DNA from: Promethearchaeota archaeon
Lineage (GTDB): Archaea > Asgardarchaeota > Hermodarchaeia > Hermodarchaeales > Hermodarchaeaceae
DNA: 25,056 nucleotides
Assembly: GCA_048938385.1 (NCBI GenBank)
Contig: JBHLMG010000004.1
Span: 101,342 to 126,397, forward strand
Direction of reading: 5' to 3'
Shown here: positions 9,560-16,758 of the stretch, one piece after another
Position numbering within the stretch: the stretch's first letter is position 1
How the letters are laid out: each line of letters opens with the position of its first letter
Program-made: the position numbers and the translations under genes
Notes under the pieces: model-generated
Databases searched by the model: none
Told to the model about the DNA's origin: nothing
Seen by the model: only the letters and a program-made list of their open reading frames with translations

Positions 9560-10537
9560 ATGGATTCGAAAACAGAACGACGGTTTTGGGAAATTGCAGA
9601 ACACAGCCAGTTTGCCATGCTTCTCGACATTCTGACTCCCAAACCAGGAAATGTCCATCGCTACCAGGACCATCCCGATACCAATATCTTACACTTCGCT
9701 GCAAGCATCACTCGTCTTGGGCACCCCTTATATGAAGCCGCGAAATGGGGTTCTCGGCAAAGGTCCTCCAGTTCCGAACCTTCACAACTGGGAAAATTAC
9801 TCAAGCACGCCACTCAAGCAGCCATGCAACCGCATGACAAAAATACCCTTCTCGGCACTATTCTCCTTCTCGTTCCCTTGGCTGCCGCCGCTGGTTGTGA
9901 TGTTCCGCAGGAACGCCCCTCTCTCATTACTCTTCGTCAAAATCTTGCTCGCATCTTACATAATACCACAGTCGAAGATGCAGTAGAACTAGTCCGTGCC
10001 CTACAGATTGCCAATCCTGGTGGGGCGATTCCCAAAACCACTGAGTGGTCTTCTAAGTCCAAAGCCTTTGACTTTCAATCCCCCCACACAGTAGACCTCA
10101 TCCGTCGTCAACGCCTTAGACTACTAGACCTCCAAGCTCTTGCCACATCTTATGATGCGATTGCACAAGAGTACACATCTGAATTCGCTTATACCTTTCA
10201 AAGTCTTTATCCACAATTCGACAAAGCTCTGAACCGCTATCAACACCTCGATGACGCTGTATTAATTACCTTTCTTTGGGCATTAAGTCAACGACCTGAT
10301 AGTTTCATTCAACGCAAAGCAGGAACAGAAGCCGCTGAAAAGGTCAGACAGCAAGCAATCAAATTTCATCTACGGGTCCTTAAAATGCCTGCAAATCGTT
10401 GGGTAGCTGAACTCGCACCATTTGATGAAGCGTTACGGGCAGAAGGCTCAAAACTTAACCCAGGAACCACTGCTGATCTCCTCTCTGCCGCCATCTTTTT
10501 GGCTCTTCATTTGGGGAACATCAAAGCGATACTTTAG
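9560..10537 (+). CDS. citG: Archaeal-type CitG / triphosphoribosyl-dephospho-CoA synthase family protein
   Basis: PKPGNVHR, NTLLG, DSFIQRKAG and LNPGTTADL motifs; GTG 9554 is an alternative start. Confidence 0.88.
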   Translation: MDSKTERRFWEIAEHSQFAMLLDILTPKPGNVHRYQDHPDTNILHFAASITRLGHPLYEAAKWGSRQRSSSSEPSQLGKLLKHATQAAMQPHDKNTLLGTILLLVPLAAAAGCDVPQERPSLITLRQNLARILHNTTVEDAVELVRALQIANPGGAIPKTTEWSSKSKAFDFQSPHTVDLIRRQRLRLLDLQALATSYDAIAQEYTSEFAYTFQSLYPQFDKALNRYQHLDDAVLITFLWALSQRPDSFIQRKAGTEAAEKVRQQAIKFHLRVLKMPANRWVAELAPFDEALRAEGSKLNPGTTADLLSAAIFLALHLGNIKAIL

Positions 10538-10604
10538 TAAAACAATATTAGTACAAAATTAGAAAGAATTAGTGAACAATTGTCTTTTGTTCAGAGTGGA
10601 GAAA

Positions 10605-10883
10605 ATGGCCTACTCAGGTTCTGTTGCTGCGGCTTCATCTGCTGAATATACTGCTACAGCGTCAGCTCTTTGCCTACCTGCACCCTATGTGAAGGTGTTG
10701 CCTGAGGATTTCGTCATCTTGGTGGAGAATCTGTTCACTATCGTCCATATATGGAAAGGTTCTCGCCATCTTTACTTTGGACGATTTCTGGACCGCTTTG
10801 TCGTGTATACTCAAACCCGCGAACCTTTGAAAATTCCTGTTGATCTGGAAGGAGATAAAATCACGAAAACAATCCGCTTGTAA
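10605..10883 (+). CDS. Small hypothetical protein, paralogue of 10898..11158
   Basis: ATG 10605 after a ggag SD; Ala-rich N-terminus, then VKVLPEDF...IVH...HLY...YT...PL...KI...RL. Confidence 0.7.
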   Translation: MAYSGSVAAASSAEYTATASALCLPAPYVKVLPEDFVILVENLFTIVHIWKGSRHLYFGRFLDRFVVYTQTREPLKIPVDLEGDKITKTIRL

Positions 10884-10897
10884 TGGAGGATGAATAA

Positions 10898-11158
10898 ATG
10901 AAATTTCAAGGCGTACTTCCTGCTTCTCGAGTTACAATAGGGGGATTAGCAATTAAGCTAGATCCGTACTTGTTCCAGCAATTCGTTGTAAGGGAGGAGC
11001 TCCCCATAGTGCATGGAATGATAGGGATTATTTCGAAAAACCATGTGTATTTGACCGTTCATGACGGGATGACTTTCTATACCAAAGTCCAATATCCTTT
11101 ATCGGGATTCCAGGTGGTCGTTGAAGCAGAGAAGATTACAAGTTATGTGCGATTGTAG
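10898..11158 (+). CDS. Small hypothetical protein, paralogue of 10605..10883
   Basis: ggagg SD; IKLDPYLF...IVH...HVY...FYT...PL...EKI...RL. Confidence 0.75.
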   Translation: MKFQGVLPASRVTIGGLAIKLDPYLFQQFVVREELPIVHGMIGIISKNHVYLTVHDGMTFYTKVQYPLSGFQVVVEAEKITSYVRL

Positions 11159-11173
11159 CTAAAGTACTTCGGG

Positions 11174-12658
11174 CTAAGGTTCCCACTTGAATGGGTGCTT
11201 AGCAAACTCTTTATCGCGGAGCAGTTCTTCAATGTTAGGTCGCCCCTCGATCGCCCGTCGGAGGGCATGGCGCATAGCCTTATAGTTGTTGATCAGGATG
11301 CGTCGGCGATCCACCGCGGTTGGATGTACGAAAACTGTTGCCACGATGACCAGCTGGTCTACAGCGTCTTTAGGAATGAATCCTTCCTCAACCGTGTCTA
11401 TAATTGCTTTTGCACAACCTGCCTGAGCTGGACCCCCAAACAGGCTAGCTTGGTGCATACTCCGATTCGCCACCGTTGGAACCAAGAGTGTTTCGGGTTT
11501 AACCATGAGGTTAGGTTCAAGAATTGCAAGTAAGGGTTCCATACGCTCTTTAGGAGCTGCTTTTGCTTGGGCAAAAGCGAAACCGACAGGCCCGTCTTTT
11601 CGTCCAATCATGAGGTCAATGTGTGCGACTTCTGCGCCGCTTCCTGCCAAGCCTTCACCAACCTTCAGTGAGAAATCCTTTACTTGGTCGGGAGTAAAAC
11701 CAAATACACCGAATCGTGCCTGGAGGGGTTTCTTTGGCTCGACCTCAATTTGAACTTCCTTCCGCTGGATCTTTCCGAGTTTTTCAAGTTCGATGCGAAT
11801 CTCTTCACGATTCTCGTAGGTTAACACGCCACCAAAGGTTAAGGGTAGCCGAGGGTTCCCAACAGGAATGCCCATCATTTTTAATCCAGCTTTCACCCCA
11901 GCGGCTCCGGATCCTACGATGAGTCGGGTAAGTTTCTGAACTTTGAGTTGAAGCTCTACGGCTTCAGCGAATTTACCTGATTTAACTTTGTTGAGCATAT
12001 CAACCCAGATATCACCGATTAATTGAGCGCTGGCTAAAATACAACCGGCTGCTCCTGAGGCTAGGGCGGGGAAAACGACCTCGTCGTGACCAACTAAGAC
12101 TTTGATTTTCGAACCAACCTTTTCCAATACCGCTAAGATGAGTTTGAGTTGTCCGCTTGAATCTTTCAACCCTGCGATGTTATCTAGCTCTGCGAGGTCC
12201 TCGACGATCTGCCAGGGAATTTCTAGCCCAGTACACTGGGGGATGTTGTATAAGAGAATGGGAATACCAACTTCGTTTAAGAGGCGATAGTGCTCATAAA
12301 GGCCCCGAAGTGTTGGGCGAAGAAAATATGGGGTGACCACAAGACATGCATCAGCACCAGCTTTCTTGGCATGTTTGACGAGTTCTAGAGTTGTTTTAGT
12401 ACTCGTGGCCCCAGCTCCGGCGATTACAGGAACCTTCCCTGCTGCTTCTTCAATTGTAATTTCAATGATTTTTTTGTGTTCACTAAGCGTCAGGTTCGGG
12501 AATTCTCCCGTCGTTCCTGCAGGAACGAGACCTGTTACTCCGAGCGTGTCAATACAATGGCGAATCAGCTGGCGGAAAGCTGGTTCATCAACTTTGGATT
12601 CGTCTTTGGTGAATGGTGTAATTAATGCTGGGTTTACACCACCTGGTTCATAACCCAT
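11174..12658 (-). CDS. Fusion of a DapA/NAL-family class-I aldolase (aa ~1-296) and formaldehyde-activating enzyme Fae (aa ~330-494)
   Basis: N-terminal PALITPF, GTTGE, LYNIP and GLKDSSG (Schiff-base Lys); C-terminal VGEG..G.G.EVAHIDL.IG, GPAQ, VFVHP, NY and HPF (Fae signature). Confidence 0.92.
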   Translation of the reverse strand: MGYEPGGVNPALITPFTKDESKVDEPAFRQLIRHCIDTLGVTGLVPAGTTGEFPNLTLSEHKKIIEITIEEAAGKVPVIAGAGATSTKTTLELVKHAKKAGADACLVVTPYFLRPTLRGLYEHYRLLNEVGIPILLYNIPQCTGLEIPWQIVEDLAELDNIAGLKDSSGQLKLILAVLEKVGSKIKVLVGHDEVVFPALASGAAGCILASAQLIGDIWVDMLNKVKSGKFAEAVELQLKVQKLTRLIVGSGAAGVKAGLKMMGIPVGNPRLPLTFGGVLTYENREEIRIELEKLGKIQRKEVQIEVEPKKPLQARFGVFGFTPDQVKDFSLKVGEGLAGSGAEVAHIDLMIGRKDGPVGFAFAQAKAAPKERMEPLLAILEPNLMVKPETLLVPTVANRSMHQASLFGGPAQAGCAKAIIDTVEEGFIPKDAVDQLVIVATVFVHPTAVDRRRILINNYKAMRHALRRAIEGRPNIEELLRDKEFAKHPFKWEP

Positions 12659-12683
12659 ACAAGCACACTCCTATGTGTTTCTA

Positions 12684-13631
12684 TTAGGGTTGAGGAATGG
12701 CAAGGTCCTTTGGTCCAAGCTTTGAGAAGTTGGCTTCAGGATAGTTATCTTGGATGATGTTTCGCACGATTTCAGCCCACTTGACTTTTTCACGAGCTAG
12801 AAACTTTAGCCCTTCAACGGAGGACCAGGGCGTATAAAGCGCCATACTTGGACCTGGTTCGAATTTGTAATAAACGGGTTGGACACATCGAGTGATCTCA
12901 GGGGCGTCGTAGAATCGGTTGAAACCACCAAAACTGGGCATTAACATAATGTGGATGTCAATGGGGAAGTTAGTGGCTTGACGAATGGCGGCTAATTGTG
13001 GGACCGACATATCAGCGACGGGGTTGAAACTGCCTGCACCTAGTTGTTCAAGCAGTTTTCCTCCTGCTGGCGATGCATGACCAGCAAAAATGCTCACTTT
13101 GAAGGTGATGTCTTTGGGGATTTCTCCGATTTCTTTCAACTTATTCAGTGTCCAGAGCAGTCCTTCGTCAATGACTAAGAATCCGCGAAAGCCTAGCTCA
13201 ATTCCTCGTTGTATGTCGGTGATCACTTCAACGAGTTTGTCGGCTCCACGAAATCGCATACCCGAAAGGATCCCGTCTGGTGTGGCAATTTGGCGACCAA
13301 TATCCCAGCTGACCCGAGGACCGGGAGTTAAGATGACTTCCATCTTGGCATCGTGTGCCATTTGGGCAAATTTTCGGAGTTCTTTATCGTCAAGAAGAGT
13401 GGCACCCATAACCACGCTAATGAGGCGGTGACAGGGAATGTCTCGTTTTTCTGACTCGTCAATCAATGCCTCCAAGACTTCGGGGCGTTCAACACCAGAA
13501 ATTTCAATACGATAGCCAGCACCGTCTGGAAACCGCTTCTCGCTCGTTGGCAAATCGTAAGCATCTTGTCCGGGTAATCCAATTTTTTCTAAGGCTCTAC
13601 GGACCTTTTCATATGATTTCAGGCTAACCAT
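12684..13631 (-). CDS. Uncharacterised TIM-barrel protein ('peptidase U32-like' annotation family)
   Basis: LPTSEKRFPDGAGYRIEI, GPRVSWDIG, GFRGFLVIDEGLL, GAGSFNP and PVYYK; gagggt SD before ATG 13631; no U32 Fe-S Cys cluster; 25 nt upstream of the aldolase-Fae gene. Confidence 0.7.
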   Translation of the reverse strand: MVSLKSYEKVRRALEKIGLPGQDAYDLPTSEKRFPDGAGYRIEISGVERPEVLEALIDESEKRDIPCHRLISVVMGATLLDDKELRKFAQMAHDAKMEVILTPGPRVSWDIGRQIATPDGILSGMRFRGADKLVEVITDIQRGIELGFRGFLVIDEGLLWTLNKLKEIGEIPKDITFKVSIFAGHASPAGGKLLEQLGAGSFNPVADMSVPQLAAIRQATNFPIDIHIMLMPSFGGFNRFYDAPEITRCVQPVYYKFEPGPSMALYTPWSSVEGLKFLAREKVKWAEIVRNIIQDNYPEANFSKLGPKDLAIPQP

Positions 13632-13680
13632 TATTGGACCCTCGTATAGCAGGGTTTTGTCCACTGCGTGCACAAAAAGG

Positions 13681-13856
13681 TTGCAGTTGTTGCGTGAAAG
13701 GAGTGTTTTTCAACTGCGGAGATATTTCTTACATGGCTCCGTCTTCCTGGCTATCTTAAACCCACCGAGTCCTCCGGACGGAGATGCAAGGATAGTGGGT
13801 TCGGTCGAGACGGAGCCACAACTTACAGGTTCAAATCCAGTTCTCCGGTAACCTGT
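13681..13856. ncRNA. Candidate structured RNA (unclassified ncRNA or cis-regulatory leader)
   Basis: Perfect 11-bp helix 13734-13744/13808-13818. Further 7-bp helices: 13683-13689/13711-13717, 13751-13757/13789-13795, 13759-13765/13795-13801 and 13825-13831/13850-13856. T-loop-like GGTTCAAATCC at 13828-13838. Confidence 0.5.
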
Positions 13857-13864
13857 CATCTATC

Positions 13865-14830
13865 GTGGAGGAAGCAGATGTTCTAATGGAATCCGTCCCC
13901 ACTTTTCCAATCCAATTTCAGAAACGCTTTCAAGCTCTTCTTGGGGAGGAATATGATCAATTCATCACCTGCCTCTCCCAACCACTTACCAGTTTCGTAC
14001 GAATAAACACCCTCAAGGTGAACCTTCAGAGAGGCTTCGACCAACTAAAAGCCCTGGATATCGCTCCCATCTCCTTACCCTGGTTCGCTGCTGGCTTCCG
14101 AGTAACTGGAAACCTCGAGCAACTACCCTTTACACGGGAATACGCCCTCGGCTACTACTACATTCAGGAGGGAGGGAGCATGATACCTCCTATAACCTTA
14201 GACCCCCAATCATCACATACTATCTTAGATCTTTGTGCTGCACCAGGCTCAAAAACAACACAGCTCGCACAGATCATGCGCAACCAGGGCGTCATCATTG
14301 CAAATGACCGTTCGTTTCGTCGTTTAACAAGTCTCGGTCATAACATTCAGCTATGCGGCGTAATTAACACCTTTCTGCTGTGCACCGATGGACGCCATCT
14401 TGCCACACAATTTCCTTTAAAATACGACCGTGTACTCGTCGATGCACCCTGTACCGCTTCTGGCCATCTTCGTAGTAAACCTCCCCAATTGCTATCTCCT
14501 AACCTCAAACGGATAAGAGGTATTCAAGCCGTGCAGAAGGGACTTCTAACCTCGGGGTTTAAACTGCTAAAACCAAATGGCCTTCTCGTCTACGCCACCT
14601 GTAGCCTTCATCCCGAAGAAAATGAAGTAATTGTTAACCACCTCCTGTCCAAGTTCAACGATGCAAAAATAGAACGACCGGTTCTAATTGGCCTTAAGAG
14701 CCATTCAGGGTTAACACATTGGGAAGACTTGGAATTCAACGATGTTATGCATAAATGTCTGCGTGTCTATCCACACGATAACGATACCGACGGGTTCTTT
14801 ATAGCTCTCATCAGGAGGATCACAAGTTGA
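13865..14830 (+). CDS. RsmB/NOP2/RsmF-family RNA m5C methyltransferase (ATG 13886 is an alternative start)
   Basis: YYIQE, LDLCAAPGSKT, DAPC, YATCSLHPEENE and DGFF; both catalytic Cys present. Confidence 0.94.
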   Translation: MEEADVLMESVPTFPIQFQKRFQALLGEEYDQFITCLSQPLTSFVRINTLKVNLQRGFDQLKALDIAPISLPWFAAGFRVTGNLEQLPFTREYALGYYYIQEGGSMIPPITLDPQSSHTILDLCAAPGSKTTQLAQIMRNQGVIIANDRSFRRLTSLGHNIQLCGVINTFLLCTDGRHLATQFPLKYDRVLVDAPCTASGHLRSKPPQLLSPNLKRIRGIQAVQKGLLTSGFKLLKPNGLLVYATCSLHPEENEVIVNHLLSKFNDAKIERPVLIGLKSHSGLTHWEDLEFNDVMHKCLRVYPHDNDTDGFFIALIRRITS

Positions 14831-15297
14831 CACCCCCCAAACCTCCTTCGCTTCAAATTGATCCTGAATGGGAAATCCATGTCTGGAGGTTATTGGACGC
14901 TCAGTTTGGCATTCCCAGAAAGCCTCAATACAGGTTACTCCGATCAGGTCGGAAACGGATTCGACTAGTAAGTGAAGCTGTATACAATTTACTCCCACAG
15001 CTACCTTTCAAAGGCACAGCAGGTTTGTATGTGGGTGAATACTCACCCAACGCTATTCGGCTCTCAATGGACGGTGCCCAACTTCTAGGGTCGTTAGCCA
15101 CCAAACAGGTCATCGAATTAGATGATGACCAAGCCGAAACTTGGCTTAAGGGTGAACCGATTAATTATAAAGCTGAGCACAAAGGGTATGTCATCGTCGT
15201 CAATAAAGGAGACATCTTAGGTTGTGGAAGTATATCTGAGGGCGTACTCCACAGCTTCGTCCCCAAAGTACGACGACTCAAGCAATCCAAATCCTAA
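14827..15297 (+). CDS. Pre-PUA + PUA domain protein (NIP7 / RsmF C-terminal-like)
   Basis: GLYVGE...IRLSMDGAQ, IELDDDQAETWLKGE and GYVIV...DILGCG...LHSFVPK; TTGA overlap with the methyltransferase stop. Confidence 0.8.
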   Translation: MTPPKPPSLQIDPEWEIHVWRLLDAQFGIPRKPQYRLLRSGRKRIRLVSEAVYNLLPQLPFKGTAGLYVGEYSPNAIRLSMDGAQLLGSLATKQVIELDDDQAETWLKGEPINYKAEHKGYVIVVNKGDILGCGSISEGVLHSFVPKVRRLKQSKS

Positions 15298-15313
15298 GGT
15301 GCTGACACCAACA

Positions 15314-16684
15314 ATGACCGTGACGATAACCATTCATGGCGGCGCCGGAGAGATCGGGGCCAATAAAATCCTCATCGAAGATAAAGGACATGAAGTTAAA
15401 TTCTTTCTCGATTTCGGTAAGTCCTTTGAAACCATGCGCGAATACTACGATTTCCCCATTAGCCCCCGATCACTAGAGGAACTCATTGACACCGGTGCCA
15501 CTCCAGACATCCCAAATCTCTACCACGATTCGGAAGCAAAAAAACCAAAACCTTCAGATATCGACGCCGTCATCCTTTCACATGCCCATACTGACCACAG
15601 TGGCTACATTCCCCTCCTCAATCGCAGTATACCCATCCACATGGGTGAGTGTACTCAACGCGTCTATGAGGCTCGTCTGCAAGGGATACGCAAAAGTTTC
15701 GATACCGATACCGAAGGTCAACAAATCAAGCCCTTCCGGACGGGCGATAAAATTCGCATTGGAAATGTCGAAATCCACCCCTTTCATGTGGACCACAGCA
15801 TCCCCGCAGCTTACGGATTTCTCATTCATTGTGCGGAGGCTAGCATTGTATATTCAGGAGATTTTCGTCGTCATGGCACACGCCCCGACCTCACTCAAGA
15901 TTTCGTCGATGCAGTCCAACAAGCTGGATCTCCTGATGTAATGCTCTGTGAAGGCACGAACATCGCTAAAGCCGAAATGGCCAATGAAGAAGAAGTCCAT
16001 CAAAAAGTCACAGCAATCATCAGTGAATGTAGAAGCCTCGCCATAGCTGATTTCAGTGAAACTGATTTCGACCGGTTTCGAACCATGCAATCTGCCGCAC
16101 ATACCAATAACCGTGAGCTTGTCATCGAATCCCGGCGGATGTGGGTACTCCATGCTCTCAACCAATGCCGCGAACTTGATTCTCCAAGCATTGCAAAGGA
16201 CTCGACTATTCACTGGTTTGACGCTGAAAAGAAACGCACTTCCAAATACGAAACTCTCCTCACGGAAGCAGACCCCCCCATCAACGAATTCGATGAGCGC
16301 GCAGTCACAGCTGAGGACCTCCGTCAGAACCCACAGCGATATCTAGTCTCCAGCAGCTTCGGCAGTATCAGCACCATTCAACGAATTAAACCCCCCGAAT
16401 CAGGCATCTACCTACTCAGCGCCTCTGAACCCTTCAACGAGGAGAGCGAAATCAGCTTTGACAAACTCCTCAACTGGCTCGCCCTTCAAGGATTAGCCAT
16501 GTTCACCGTACACTGTTCTGGCCACGCTCATCCCATCCATCTTTTTAAGACCGTTGAAGAAATGGCTCCTAAGCAACTCATCCCCATTCACACCGAACAC
16601 CCCGAACTTTTCAAAAAATTCATTCGAACCATTGGTGTTCATGTCAAGGTTCCAAAACCTGGAATTCCCATTTCTTTGCGCTGA
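15314..16684 (+). CDS. Metallo-beta-lactamase / beta-CASP ribonuclease (RNase J-like)
   Basis: EIGANKI, LDFG, HAHTDH, DHS, SGDFR, CEGT, CSGH and PIHTE; ATG 15314 preferred over the track start 15224, which overlaps the upstream gene. Confidence 0.9.
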   Translation: MTVTITIHGGAGEIGANKILIEDKGHEVKFFLDFGKSFETMREYYDFPISPRSLEELIDTGATPDIPNLYHDSEAKKPKPSDIDAVILSHAHTDHSGYIPLLNRSIPIHMGECTQRVYEARLQGIRKSFDTDTEGQQIKPFRTGDKIRIGNVEIHPFHVDHSIPAAYGFLIHCAEASIVYSGDFRRHGTRPDLTQDFVDAVQQAGSPDVMLCEGTNIAKAEMANEEEVHQKVTAIISECRSLAIADFSETDFDRFRTMQSAAHTNNRELVIESRRMWVLHALNQCRELDSPSIAKDSTIHWFDAEKKRTSKYETLLTEADPPINEFDERAVTAEDLRQNPQRYLVSSSFGSISTIQRIKPPESGIYLLSASEPFNEESEISFDKLLNWLALQGLAMFTVHCSGHAHPIHLFKTVEEMAPKQLIPIHTEHPELFKKFIRTIGVHVKVPKPGIPISLR

Positions 16685-16758
16685 TACCAGAAAAAACGCA
16701 GGAAGATTCAGTTGACCCGAAATAGATTTTAGCAGGTTCGCAAGAACCATGCCGCATT

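Noticed and set aside
11174-12658. Plain dapA (lysine biosynthesis) or fae-hps annotation
   Set aside because: The R138 and Y107 equivalents are substituted, and the partner domain is a DapA-type barrel, not Hps.
13778-13849. Canonical tRNA or tRNA-Sec (72-nt span with acceptor-like ends and GGTTCAAATCC; TTCAAATCCAGTT resembles the remembered E. coli selC anticodon region)
   Set aside because: D and anticodon stems do not pair in tRNA register, and the 5' strand required for a UCA anticodon stem is absent. Kept only as part of the unclassified RNA finding.
13657-13851. 64-aa ORF across the structured spacer
   Set aside because: TTG start, no recognisable motif, and the base-pairing explains the region better.
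13720-13856. Known ribozymes and riboswitches (HDV, twister, hammerhead, cobalamin, TPP, guanidine-III, ZTP), RNase P and U6-like words (ACGGAGA, GCAAGGAT)
   Set aside because: Only short partial word matches; the required conserved cores and helix order are missing on both strands.
4681-16757. Shared 10-mer catgccgcat near two gene starts (4681 and 16748)
   Set aside because: A few 10-mer matches are expected by chance even among the intergenic sequence alone, and the spacing to the start codon differs.
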